DNA from: Phoronis australis
Lineage: Eukaryota; Animalia; Phoronida
Assembly (NCBI GenBank): GCA_002633005.1
Contig: NMRA01000231.1
Location: forward strand, 252,082 to 316,081
Length of the DNA: 64,000 bases
Direction: 5' to 3'
This document shows, one piece after another, positions 12,210 to 25,748 of the stretch (position 1 is the stretch's first letter; the number at the start of each line of letters is the position of its first letter). A program made the translations under genes and the position numbers. The notes below the pieces were generated by a model. The model was given only the letters and a program-made list of their open reading frames with translations, was not told the origin of the DNA and did not search any database.

Positions 12210-13845
12210 TGCACAAAGCCACATACAGTGCCATCTTTTGGTATACAAGTCATTTTAGAGGCTCAGTTAACAGTGAGTTAGTGTTTCAGATTTCGACTTC
12301 GGATCCAATAGAGTGTAGCATCTGCCTCTTCACTTGACCTAGATCTGTCATTGCAAACTTGATCAGGACGTTGGTTTCATTCTGTCAACATTGCATTTAT
12401 GACTGAATTTACTGTATGTTACGTCAATAATATCAAGAATAACGCAAACAGTGCAAAGTGCAACTACTGTGGTTAGAGACAAGTGGCTTGGTGCTTCACC
12501 GTCTACTAAAAGAAATGTCAAACAGTTAGGCGATGAGAAAGTGCCCATAGAACAATAACAGGAGATTAACTTGGAGTCTCTTTCTGTAGAGTCCTGGGGC
12601 GCTTTGTGAAGAATGACTTTAGACAGAAAGTTAGTCTTCCACTCCCACTTCACACAATTGCTGAAAAAAGATTTTGTCAAATAATTGACCATGTACGTCG
12701 AGAAATTCAGTGTAGCTTTGTGCAAACTAAGTGAAGGACAAAGTATTATTTTTGTGCGAAATGTGGTGAGAGGTGTGGGTTTATAGGTCCTTTAAAGAGC
12801 GGTGACGTTCAGTGAAAAGTAAGCAACTGTGGTCAAGACATTGTTACAAAACACATAACGCTCAGACGTTTAACACAACAGAAAGAAAAGACAGCCACGA
12901 GGCACTTTTACAGAAAAGACAACTAAGGAAGTGCACAAGAAAAGAAACAAGTGAAGGTCAAAACCATGATTTTCTCACAGGACTATGACAAGACTACTAT
13001 AGGTAAACTATGGAAATTTCAACAGCAAGTTGAAGGACACATACATGTACATTACTATGAGCATGTACATTAAGATCACACTCATCCATGTGTTCATATT
13101 TTTGGATTAAAATGAAATAGTGACGTCAGTGATAGTGATCATACAACTGCAGAAAAGGAGTACAGGAATTTTTGTGACCACACCATTGGAGGTGACAGGT
13201 ACAAGTCAAACGGTGATGGATAGAGTTGCAGGAATTCTAAGTAATTGTCAAGCGGCCATGGTTTCATAGTCTTTTCGCAGTGTATTCTTTGATAGTCTGT
13301 TAGTCTCATCTAAGCGCAATAGACTTATGTGGGGGCCAACTGTGTAGGAGAGATTGAGAGGTCCCAATGAAAACAAGTATGTCACAATGTTTATAAATGA
13401 AACATGATATTTAAGTTTCGACATATTTTGACGTAATCACAACATCTTATTGAATGCATCCATGGCCAGCAAGAGACAGCAGGAGGGGCTCACAGCAAAT
13501 TGTTGAGGATGTTATTCCTCATTCAACATCAGCATTTCATGGAAGTAAAAATGTTCAATATAACCGATTATAACCAAATTAATAAACAGTTTTTGTCCGC
13601 TCGTAATTGCAAACAGTATATACATGCGTGGTGTGATTGTAGTTTTATGCACATGCAAAGGACACAAAATAAGCCAAAGCCATCGGTGCAGCCACATGGA
13701 GACAGGCATCTAATAAAAAGTAACAGAATATCCAACAACAGTCTTGGATCTGAGCACTTAACAAAACACGAGCAACACTACACTATGAGGCCAAACAGCA
13801 ACACGGCACATGGTTGGGTTTTCCCCGGATGACCTACACAATAGT

Positions 13846-16800
13846 TTATGGTTTGGGTTTTTCCCCGGTGTCACCTGGCTCATACAAACCACACTTCATG
13901 TTGGCGGGCACAGCTACATCTGAAGACAAGATAATAAGGAAGGTGTGGTGTAATACAGTAGAACAGTTAATGATGTAGAATAAAGAGGCCAAAAAATGGG
14001 CAGGTATGAATGGTGTAAAACTAATCACAGTCCGTAGTTCTAAACAGTTGGCAATTTTTCAAGCTGTATTAAAAATACAACAGAAAACAAACAAGAAAAA
14101 AAGTAATGTATAAGCATAAAAAATAGCCAAAAAGTCTTGTTCTGAAATTTCACCCATTACTGCACAGATGAGGGTACCTCGACTTGTTTTTGAAAATTAC
14201 AGAGAATGGCAGGAGCAGATTCATCCAGAACGTCAGTAAATATGGCAAAGTGTCTTTCAATTAGAACACAATATGAAGGTGGAACTGTGAAATTTCAATA
14301 ACTAAAAATTTTCAACAAGAGTACACAAGAACACAATTGACTGTTCTAAGATTTCCCATAGTACGCAATACAGTGAGCATTTGAAAAATCAAAAATGACA
14401 GTTTTGGCCGTTATTTTTGTTTGAATTTAAGGAAACTTTACCATGATCCAAGAGAAGAATGCAGGTGAATTCAACAGTATATATTAAGTTATCAACTTGA
14501 AGTATACATCCAACTCTCAAAACAGCGTGCTAGTTCCATGATGTCACACAAAACAGGAACAACTTTCTCCTTTTTCATTGGGCAAACTTAAGTACATAAG
14601 TGTAATTTGCTTTTTGATCACAGCCAAATATCATTTGAAGAATCAAATCATCATAACAGAAACCTGGGCATGGAAGTAAGAGTATAGACTGGCTATTAAT
14701 GAAAAAGCAATAACTGAGTAAGCCTGTATTCATAACAGCACTTGGGGGTTGGGAAATGCTTAATTAAGCGCAAAAAAGGAAAACTAAATCAAACTGTTTG
14801 AAACAGCTTCATTACATGTGCCATGTGGGTTGAAATCCCCTTATGTCCACAACATGTCAGATTCATCACAACTTTTTGAAAAACTTACGTTGAAAGTTGG
14901 CACAAATGTTATCTCCATAATATACTTAAACTTTCTTGTATGTTTACAACTGAAGAAGTTACCGTGAATAGTGAAACTAGAGATGAGAATACTAAACAAA
15001 ACAGGAATAAAAGATGTCCATTCAGCTTCATGACAAAATGTATTCTGAACTAATAATCAAGGTTGCCAACAGGTGGCGGTATCATACAACAATATTGCCA
15101 AAAGGTGGCAGCATCAATCAGACTCAATTTAAACTAAATTAGATTCTGAGCTTAAAAACACTAAGTTTCAACATTGTAAAATGACGTTTCATACTAACTA
15201 CATTCAGTACATTTGGATGCTGTCACCAATTTTATCTACGAGTCTGGAACCTACTACTGACTGTTCTAATCTTACACACTTACCGATTTGTTTAGGATAT
15301 GGCAGGTTGAGGTTATCCATAATCTTTACAAACTCATCCAGTGGCTTGGTCAGTCTTCCGTTGAACTGTTTTTCTTCAGCAACAGTCGACATTGACTGAC
15401 CTGAAATTACACCAAAGGTGTACTTCACTTGAATGTACTATAAACTTATGTTCATTTAGTTGCTAAAAATCATAATCCATGCCACAAAACCCATCCTAAA
15501 AAGAAAAAAGCTTAAGAGTTTCGACAGTCAGAGTGGTGGAGGTAGAACATGGCAGTGGTTACCAAGCAAATGTGATAATAAAAAATATCTAATGCACCAA
15601 AGGTAAAACGTGCATCGCAAACTCGTTTCCAAAAATGAAAAGGATACTGAGATTCAGTTGGTGAAATAATGTCATTGACAAAATAGAAGTACGAAGAACA
15701 AGAATGAAAATAAAAATATAAAATAATTAGGTAATCTGAGAAAAAAGATGTTCAACAAAAACTGCCACAAGAGATGTTGCATGTAAGCCTTTTTTTACCG
15801 CATGATGGCTAAAAACCATTCAACATCTGGTCATTACAACAATAGAGTGTAAAACTGCTTACCTGTGTAGTCATGGGCAGGGAAAATAAGTGTGTCATCA
15901 GGAAGTGAAAATATTTCGCGGTGCACCGACTCATAAAGAGTCTTAGGGTTACCTGTGAGTACAAAAAGACAAGAAAGAATATTAGTAAGGCAACGATGGA
16001 AACATTTTTGCAAAACCACAATAATAGCAAGAAAGGTGTCCATGTTGTTTTTACGAAAAACAAGCATATGACGTCATTACGTGGAATTACGATTGGAACA
16101 TCTTAGAAACACTTCCTACCAGCATTATGGAACAGCGCATGATGCACTGAACAGTATCTAAAAGCCTCATCAGAATCTCATCAGACAGATATGGTGTTCT
16201 CAAGTTGGGCACATTATAATTTTGTACATTTTTCTAAGATCCTGAACCTTAACAATGGCGGATAATGAGCCGATAAGTAAGCCTTGAGTCAAGGTTCAAA
16301 TTTTAGATTCACAAGACAGGTGACGACTGAATTTGTTTAAATGTAAAGAGATAACAATAACAGGTGCTTAGTTCTGCCACGTCTGACATGTTGCGAGTAC
16401 TTGCAAGAGCACCAGAGTTTAGTTGTTAAAATATCACGATACTGACAGTTAATTGTTCCCGACCTTGCTGGAAATCTGTCCGACCACATCCCCTGATCAA
16501 GAGTGCATCGCCTGTGAATATCATGCCATCTTCTCGCATCAAAAATGACAAGCAACCTGCAATCACATGGATTATTATAATTAGAAAGATGTTCAACCTG
16601 TAAAGCAAAAGATAGCAGGTAGAAGTAATTTTAAAGTATCTTATGTAATTGAAAGTTACAAGCTTACCGAGAAAACAAAATTGTTTTTCAATTGATTTAG
16701 ATTCCAGATGCGTATTTCTCCTCCCAGGCTTAATTCCTCTCCTTTTTAACAAAAATTGACTTTATAAATTTTGCTACGAAGTAAGGTCATAACAAGTTTA

Positions 16801-19800
16801 AACAACAACCTTATTTCACAAGTCGATCACACGTACCATCTGTGTGTCCAGGCGTCGGCCTGGCTTCTATCTTTTTATTCCCAAACTCGATGACGTCACC
16901 TGGCTCCAAAAGAATATCAGCCATGGCTGCAGAAGCTTTAGCGATGACACTCTTGCATGTTGGAACATCCTTCTTCAATTGGCCACTGCTGGTCACATGA
17001 TCAGCATGGCAGTGTGTATTTACTGCAAATAAACATTTCATTTAAAGCCGCTACATGTTCAACTTCTGTCAAAGACATGACCTCTTACTGCAATAAAAAC
17101 TGGTCCCAACTTGATCCTTACTCAGAGGAGAAATAATTTCTGTGCTTGAGACCATGATTGGCCCTTTAAGTGACCCATTAGGGCATTCTCCCTGTTCAGT
17201 GACTTTACTAGACACAGAGCTGTTAATTGTGAGTGTGTGATAACCTCTAGCTCCTTTATTAACTGCTAAGCAGTCTTTTATCTGGTACAGGACAACATGC
17301 AGGTCAATTATTTACCAACTTGAAGGCTTATTACCCAGGACATGTGAACACAGTCAAACCCAGTGCGTTGTTACGTTCGTTCGAACAGAAAAGATGGGCT
17401 TAACTTTGGTTGAAGATGGGCGATTTTGGTGATTCAAAAACTAAGCATGATGCAGTATCAGTATTTGATGAGGAATTCAGATGTTATTGGTTTATGTTAA
17501 AATATTTTATAACTTAAGTTTTATTTTTTAACATTACAACCCAGTCAGGCTACATAATTATGATCTCACAGGAGATTACAGCAATTATCGAACAAAAGAG
17601 AGCTGACCCTCCAACCATAAATACTAGAATGGACTTAATCAGTAGTCAACATATTGCCTACAGTGGTCATCAGCCCAACTTCTTGTTGTGCTTATACAAC
17701 CAAACAAGTTGGACTCAAGAGGAGAACATTGTAATGCAGTCACAGGCACTTTAAGAGCCTGGTCTCAAACAGTGGTGAACAACCAATTTTTCCAAAGCCA
17801 TAAACCCATCTGGCTAATGAATGATATAAACTAAAAGTGATCTTTGACGGAGGACAGGTTAATAATTAGCAGGTTTAACTGATTCACAGTCAAGTTAAGA
17901 ACTGCACTTCCCAGTGCAAAATGAATTTTGAGGATATATCTACAGCAAAAAAGGGGGATCATTAAAAACGTTAATCTGCTAAATGTTGTTAAAGTGTTGT
18001 AACAGTTATTTCCATGAAATTTAGAATTTAAAGTAAAAAAAAAGGAACGTACCCAACTCACCAATTGCCCCGTTAGGCAGTGACGGGGATAACTTGCCGA
18101 AAGGCACGTATACAAGTGAATAAAGTTCTAATCAATCACCTAGTATGTTTTCAAGCTTAAATTCTTTCAACACAGCTGAGTTATTGACATGTTTGCTTAG
18201 GCACTACGTAATGAGAATTACCTTTTGATTATGTAAGATACGTAAATGATATTTCATGTTCAATTTTGTTCAAAGCAGGTGGTGAATATGCAATGTTCAT
18301 GCAGACCTTATTAACACTGTTAAAGAGACGTGTATTACTAGAATGAATGACTAGGCTTTGCAGTGATGGTGGACATGAAAAAAATGCAACTTTTTGAAAA
18401 CGTGATATTTACTACATCTTTCAGATGGACAGATGAAAATGCAAACTTCCGAAAATGCAAACTTCCGAAAATGCTGATAGACATGTAGCCATAATATAAT
18501 ATAGCATATTAGTGCAGACGAAGAAAGCTTTGAAAAAGAACAAATAATTGTCGCATCTTCGGTTGTATTGACGTAATCATGTGGATGGAAAAATTTTGAA
18601 CACGTATGCTTCAAAAACAGAGAGTGAATTGCTTTTAGAAAACGCAAAAAATGTGATTTCAACATGAAAACAGTGTCGTGTGTGGACAGGTCCTTAACAT
18701 ATGAATGATAGCAAACTGTGGGCCACAAAAGCCAGGTTACAGCCGACAGTCATGAGTTTGTGATAAGAGTAGGCAATGAAGTCGGCACAGCACATGAGGT
18801 CTACTGCCAGTTTGCTAAAAATTACCAGACCAGTCAGTTATCTTTGTTACCGGTCACTGACTTGTTTCTGACCAGCCCTACAGAAATTTGTGACCTTTGA
18901 TAATGTCCAGTTTGATTATTTCTGTAGATAAGCAAAATAATGATGAGTTACCACTCCATTACCACCTATAGTGAAACGCGCAACTTCAATACTTGCAACA
19001 GTCAACTTTGTAACCTAATTCGGGTTGTTTTAGCTTTTCCATTCAAAACTGGCAATGACCTTGTTTTTGAGGTTTAACAGTGGGAAAATCGACTTTGTTT
19101 TGACGAGGATTTTGTTTACTTGACTTGAACTACAGCTTTACACACTTTTCGATATTTAACGTTTAAGGCTACTTTGTTACAGCCAAGCGACATGAATCCT
19201 GCGGTGGAGGGGGAAAATTTAGCTCCCTCTTTTGTTCATACCATTTTTATGGCAAAGAGTTCAGTTCTCATGTGATTCTGTTGATATATATGGTTAAGCC
19301 CAGGGTCAAATCAAAGGTCAGAGGTCAAAACTGGATAGCATCCTTGTGGCTAATAACTTTTTCTATAGCTCAACTTTTATTTTCCACAATGATTAGTTGG
19401 TAATATAGGATTACAGTGTGAAACGTACAAAATTCTAGCGAACTGCGACTCACGAGTTTCTTTGCTTGTATCGGGACACAGTAATGAATAGAAGACAACT
19501 GTAAGCGCTCATCAGTTGACCATTTACTGGAATCGCCAGCATAGTTGACAGAAAGGCCTCGACCAGTTCTCTACGGGCATTCCATCTCATTACAACCATG
19601 TGTCTACAGGATTTCTGCACAAATGGGGCAATGACTTATGAAAAACTGAGTGTTACCTGGAGATGGTTATAGAGAGCAACTAACCTTTAGGTTATGGGCT
19701 GAGTGCCTTGTTCAGCCCATTGCTGCTGCCTCTCATGTTTCTACGCGTACCACCTGTCCACCAAAATTTCCAACCCTGCCATTAACCTAATTGAACAATA

Positions 19801-22575
19801 ATTTGGATACATACCCTATGAAAATGTTAAATAGTTTCATTGAAAAACAAAACATTCTCTTGTCGCTTTTATCGGTACTTTAGTAATTCTTTACTTACGC
19901 GCATAAATAAGTTTAAGACCGAGCTGTTCAGCGACTCGTTTGTCTCGTTCCACCGTTTCCAGCACTGGGTCTATCAAGATGGCATCCTTAGTCTCAGGAT
20001 CACCAAGTAGGTATGTGTAGGTGAATGACTTGTGCTCAAATAGCTGCAACAGGAAACAAGTAGAAATGTAATGGAATGTTTTTCTGCAGTTTGCACAAAA
20101 CACCCAAAAAGGAGTCATTGTTTTATGACACTGACTATAGTTCATGAAACATTTCATATTTTTATTTCAAACAGCAAACTTTTTAAATTTGAAACGTTGA
20201 TTTGGCATTGAATTAATTGGTATGCGCATTGAGAGACGTCAAATTTGCCGGATAGGCAAACACAAGTCGGTGCAGATCTTAGATGTTCTGAATTCGTGGC
20301 CAAAAGGAATTTATTTAAGAAACAACTTCTTGTCTAGTATTTACTCAAGTCAACTATACTTCCTTCTGAATCCCAACAAAATAAAGTGAAATGCAACAAG
20401 CCAATTTTGATCTTGAAACAAGCATGCTTTTGAAAAGTCCAATTCCACATTTTTATGAGATGGTATTAGAGCTATAATACTACATAGCTAAAAAACTTGG
20501 TGCTCCCTAATTTTTTTCTCACGTACGATATGAAACATGACAGGGGCTTCAAAATAAAAGAATAAAGAAACTGATTAATGATCTAACTGTTTATGTACAA
20601 ATGAAATGCTGTCCAGATAACGATGGATTAGAATATAAAATAGTAAAAATACCCTTGACAAAGAGCACATCGCTTGAAACGGGGAGAATATTTTAGTACC
20701 GATGCTCGTCGTTTCATTTTTACTCAGTATTTTATATATTTATTTTGAACAGATTAAGTGTAATATTGCATTGGAAACACAGAGGGTAAGGTATTGTGTT
20801 ATCTGTTTGTGATCAGGGATGAGTGAACTGTAATTTGTCACAATTGAGAATGTGTAAGTCATGATAACACTGGTAGAATGTCAAAAGTTAAAAAGAAACT
20901 GACGCCGTGCAACAGAAGTCTGTTTTCAAAATGCTTTATATAACTAATTCAAAATATCTGAGGCAGTTTAATTTTCAACAGTCTAGCCCTCAGGTGCCTG
21001 TTTAGAACGCTTCTAACAGAAAACAAATATTTCCTTATTCAGTGACCACCCACTTGGAAAGAATTCCGCTAGTTCATTATTTTTCAAATGCAGCTCATAA
21101 AGTTTCAGGTCACTACAGCCCCACACCTAGCTGAAATTCAATTGATCAGACGAAAAATAACCAATCTCATGCAAGCTCAGGGGCCAGACTAATCGAAACT
21201 TATATTCAGTACATACATGTCAACCAATATGGTATAACGTATTCGTTACATATTTTCTCCCGCGTAGTGCCAATATGCTACGTATTTTAGGTAACTGATA
21301 CGCATTTTCGCCAATATTCCCAATGAATTAAGTTTTCAAACCTTCACGTTGGCCTTACTGGCAATCTCTTTTTGTCAAAATAATCTCATACCACGAGCCT
21401 TGGTTGATAGCTAGGAACATAAGAGCTATCAGTTACCAAAGGATAATAACAACACTCAGTTACTAGAATGTAAGAGCCTCTAATATAGTAGGTATATACA
21501 CGCAATGTATTTTTTACACTTGACCTTATTTTGAATTGTTTCCATCAGTGCTATGGTTTGCTTTGTTTTTTTTACATAAAACTACTATGGTTAGAGCAAA
21601 AATGGTTGACAAGTATGAAAGTCATGAACAACTTGAAAATGATATAAATCAGAAAGCACGGGTTCAATTTTAAAGCGGTAAAAGTCTTTCGTCACGAAAA
21701 TCGCTATGGATAATTTAGACCATGCACTTGTCATTTCATGACATTTATCTCAAATTGTTGCTCAGACAAATTGGATGTGATTTGCAGGTTTTGAAAGAAC
21801 TGATATATAGCTTTTATATGAAATCAGGGTCCTAAATATGGATTGTCATAGCTAGGGTGTCATACTTAAGTGTAAAATAAGTCTGATTTTGAGAAAGGTA
21901 CTTTCAGTTCTTAGAAAACACCCATGACAGAAATCACTTGTCATCTAAATGAGCTGCAACTAAATTTATAGTGCTAAGTGATGGTGTAAATCAAAAGTTT
22001 GCTTCTTGGACAGAATAAGGTGTAATTACAGTGGCTTTATTTTCCCTTACAAAAATGTTTGGTGGTGCCCCCGAAGGTTGGACAATTTTAACTGCCTTCA
22101 CTTATAGTTGCCTCAAGCCATGTTCAATCTTCTCATGCATCTTTGTCATTATGCACGCACGAGTGTTGATCAGATGTTTATTGTCCTATCTGAATGTTTA
22201 TTCCACGTGCTTATTCCAAATATTACTCATGGAACGCCAAGTAACACATACGCGATCTTGATATCATGGCCACATCAAGGTCAATAAATCGCAACCTATT
22301 TCCGAGTAGGCTATGTCGTATAAAAAATAAGGTTAGAAATCCACGACAATCAGACCGTGCAGACACGACTGTCACGTCCGCCAGATTGTTGTGTGGGGGC
22401 TCTGGGGCCGTAGTCTATTAGTATTAGATTAGCAAATCTTGTTATCGCTCACCTGTCTGAAAATTAAGGGATTTTTACTCCCATTAATGTATCTTCTGTA
22501 CATGGCAGATGGACCAGTTGCAAAACGTCTGAAAGCAGTCCTGAGCAGTTCACTAGACTTAGTTCTCAATGCCAT
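13846..22575 (-). CDS. ETHE1: Mitochondrial persulfide dioxygenase ETHE1 (metallo-beta-lactamase fold), isoform using the Cys-containing terminal exon
   Basis: Exons (minus): 22575-22453 (Arg-rich presequence MALRTKSS...IFRQ), 20043-19899 ([13 protein letters not shown]...[11 protein letters not shown]), 17022-16837 (NTHCHADH...TPGHTDG), 16556-16464 ([19 protein letters not shown]), 15952-15863 (IFPAHDYTG), 15400-15284 (STVAEEK...LNLPYPKQI), 13919-13846 ([24 protein letters not shown]). All junctions GT-AG and in phase. Confidence 0.96.
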
Positions 22576-22986
22576 TGCACTCGAATCCTTTATATATATG
22601 CGACAAACCCAAATAAAGAATGCTAAGCTACAGTCCCTATTATTTACGTCGGAAAGTAGGTCACGGACAGCACGTTGCGTGACCTTCCGGTGAAAACAAG
22701 CCAATGGATGTTGGCGAACTTCGCGCATTTTAAAATGTTTGTTCAAAGATAAAATAAGAATTGAAATCTCGACATCGCCTATAAGTTCTGTTCGTGATAA
22801 TCGTAATATAGAACGGAAATTCATCTGCTCATATAGGTGAAACCTCAAAGGGCAAACGATTCAACCAAAATTTGGCGGGAAATTATTGAACTTCCCTTCC
22901 GGGTTTTGATTGACAAGCGCGGCTGTTGGGTGATAAGTCATCGATTTGTTCGTGATCACCGCGGCACAGTTTATTTAGGTGGAGAA
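22576..22986. promoter_or_regulatory. Bidirectional promoter ETHE1/ANAPC13 with non-coding ANAPC13 first exon
   Basis: ETHE1 ATG at 22575 (-). Donor AA|GTAAGT at 22986 (+) can pair with acceptor TTTCAG at 24816 before the ANAPC13 ATG. TTTGGCGGGAAA (E2F consensus) at 22871-22882, CTTCCGG ETS-like sites at ~22684 and ~22896, CCAAT at 22701. Confidence 0.65.
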
Positions 22987-24827
22987 GTAAGTTGAGAACT
23001 CAAGGTGATGACTTGCAGAATAGTTGCGCCATTTAGTGTAGCGAATTTTTGTTACACATTGGCCCCTCGATCACCCATTTTCTCATTTACCAAAAGGTAA
23101 AACTTGTGTCCGAATCGCGGGATGAATTGGTTGGTGAACAAGATGGCCAACTATAAAAGCTAAAATTTAATATAAGTTGACATGTAATTTGCTCTGCAAA
23201 ATGTTGTGAACGTGATATGAGTGCATGAACTTGTCTTCTAATTAAGTACGTATGTTCCTCGGCTGTTCCAAGTTCATGTACATGTATCCACGATCTTGAA
23301 ATCAAGCGGAATTCCAAGTTCAAGCACAGCAGCATTACCATGTCCATTGTCGAAATACTTTGGCCCTCTAGAGTAGCCACAGGGCCCACGAGCCTCAATC
23401 AGCCCCTACCCCCTTTGAAAAACATTAAAAATCACTTAAAAATTCACACCCAGATTAAAGAAATCTCCGTCAAGGTTAGAATCACTCCTAACGTACTCTC
23501 ACAGACCATCGGTTTCCAAATGTAATTATTAACAGTATTAACTGCATGTGGGTACAATTTGTGATGACTGCATCAGGGGAGATTGGGAATTTGCGCCTAA
23601 CCCGAGCAAAAATTTGATTCCCGTTTGAAAACAGCCATTCAGTGGTTGTTGTAGTTGGACAATGCTTCTCTATATCCACTCCTCTGTCGCTGTCCACCCA
23701 TGATATCTCAAAAGTTGGTCTATTAGCTCCTATTGTGTTGTCCAGAGCAATTATCGCATTAGCCATGTTAATGCAGGGCGATAAAATAATCAATTGAAAT
23801 GTCAAGGACAGACACTGGGAATTTTTTAACGAATTTGCATGACTTCTGAAATTGAAATTCTTGAGAAGAGTTAGTGTAGAATCCTTCTTTCTCAGAAGAA
23901 ATATGATAAAAATTAGTCTAAACGCAGTCACTGTGATGTGTTTTTATTTCTTGACATCAGTTGTGAGTCTATGCATGTTTACATTAATGTATTCATTCAG
24001 CAAGGTAGGTAATTGGCAGTTACCTCTGTGATCATGACATCGGCCAAAAGAATGAGCCTGGCGCTTAACAAAAGAAAGATTGATATCAGGCCTCTGAAAA
24101 CTGGTGTGGGGTGGAATAGGGACTAAACGGGAGTAAGTTCTTCTGTCTCGTGAGAAGGAAAAAAACAGTGCAGGTGGCCTGTTGTCATTTGCAGTTCATC
24201 AGACATGAGCTAAAAGCACGAGAGCCTCACCATGATTCTTTGTGAAGGAACTTTTCAAGTCTGCCTGTCTCCTTTTAGAAAACGGACGCTAGAAACAGAC
24301 CCTTTACCCTCAAATGAGCGAGGGCCGTGAACAGCCAGCACACCTTATTGGGTGGGACACAACTCACAAATTCACCAAAAAATAGTTCCACTAACCAATC
24401 CTAGTTAGCAGACAAAACTCTGTGTCTGTTAATTGCCCACATAGTTGGACATGTTATTCAATTACTAATTAAGTCCTTGAAGTACATTAATGTTACAGTT
24501 AATGATTGACTATGCAATGGTTATTTTACGTCTTTTAACAGAGACATATTCTGTGGAATGTTCGTTATTAGTTACGCTAAACATTTTACCGTCACATGAT
24601 TCCGTGTGCGACAGTTTCAGCACAGATTTGCTATTCTACACAGATGGGTAACTATGCTCAGGTACACGTGACTGATAAAAGCAAATTTTTGTAAACAAAA
24701 GTTCTATCAAATGCTTTGTGCCTTTTAGATAATTCTGATTTCTGAAGACTCTGTCTCTGTCAGGTGGATATGATTGATACAACTTTTACTGTGCAGTGAT
24801 TGCTAATTTATTTCAGTCAAAGTCACC

Positions 24828-25055
24828 ATGGATAGCCAGGTGCAACGTGATGGAAGGCAACTGGAGGTCATTGACAAGAACTGGCAAGAAGACAAACTCC
24901 CCCATGAGGACGTGGTAGTTCCCCAGATAGAATTGCCCGAGTTGGAGCCCGATAATGGACACAGCAATGAAACACTACGAGAACAGGAACAAAAATGGAA
25001 TGACTTGGCTCTCGGAAACCTACTGAGTTCACAGTCTCAGAATCAGCCCAGTTGA
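24828..25055 (+). CDS. ANAPC13: Anaphase-promoting complex subunit 13
   Basis: 75-aa single coding exon MDSQVQRDGR...WQEDKLPHEDV...EQEQKWNDLAL matches the recalled APC13 signature (MDSEVQRDGR...WREDKLPYEDV...EQEMKWTDLAL). Kozak context CACCATGG. Confidence 0.95.
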   Translation: MDSQVQRDGRQLEVIDKNWQEDKLPHEDVVVPQIELPELEPDNGHSNETLREQEQKWNDLALGNLLSSQSQNQPS

Positions 25056-25661
25056 CACACTGCAGGTTGGAAGAGATCCGTTACAAAACAATGTTGATGT
25101 TGCTGTTAGTTTTGATGACTGACATTAAGATTTGTTGCTCTGATGGTCTTGCCTGTGACTGGCCAGGATCTTTGCAACTGGCATACCAATCCCACTCGCT
25201 TCAAGAATTGAATGCAGGCGAGTTCAGTTTTGGCAAGTTCTCTGTATTTGTGTGGTCATATCTCCTCATGCAGTTTTTAGTTGGTTCCCAGTGAATAGTA
25301 ATGGTAAACACAAAACCTCTATAGCTAATTACACATGGGAGAACTTTAATACTTTACTGGATGGTTATTTTGAAGTTGGATTACATCTCATTCACATGGT
25401 GAGAATTAATCTTCTCATGCGTTAGTTTGTGTAAACTTTGCAAATGTGTACAAGTAAGTATGCTTAAAAAGGCGTTACAACCATGCACAACTTTTAAGAA
25501 GATGTGATTTTTGCCAATAGAAGGAGGTCAAGTCTTACCAATGTTGTTTGTTTTAGCATACATATGTGGTGCTTGATAACTTGGTGATAAACCATGAATT
25601 GTTCATAAAGTCTGCTATACATGAAGTTCAGACCTCCCAGAAAACTTTCCAGTTTCCACTG

Positions 25662-25748
25662 AAAGAAGGCTAAACAGGACACACGCACTTCAAAGAAATG
25701 TCATAAAAGAAGGCTAAACAGAACACACGCACTTCAAAGAAATGTCAT
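25662..25748 (+). repeat. 44-bp tandem duplication
   Basis: AAAGAAGGCTAAACAG(G/A)ACACACGCACTTCAAAGAAATGTCAT twice. Confidence 0.85.

Noticed and set aside
13830-13848. Stop-codon readthrough into the duplicated ETHE1 tail
   Set aside because: An in-frame TAG follows three codons after the TAA.
22576-22848. N-terminal extension of ETHE1 suggested by the 139-aa ORF
   Set aside because: Overlaps promoter motifs; the ATG at 22575 already starts a typical mitochondrial presequence.
23087-23931. 103- and 147-aa minus-strand ORFs
   Set aside because: No recognisable motifs or exon structure; they lie in the inferred ANAPC13 5' UTR intron.
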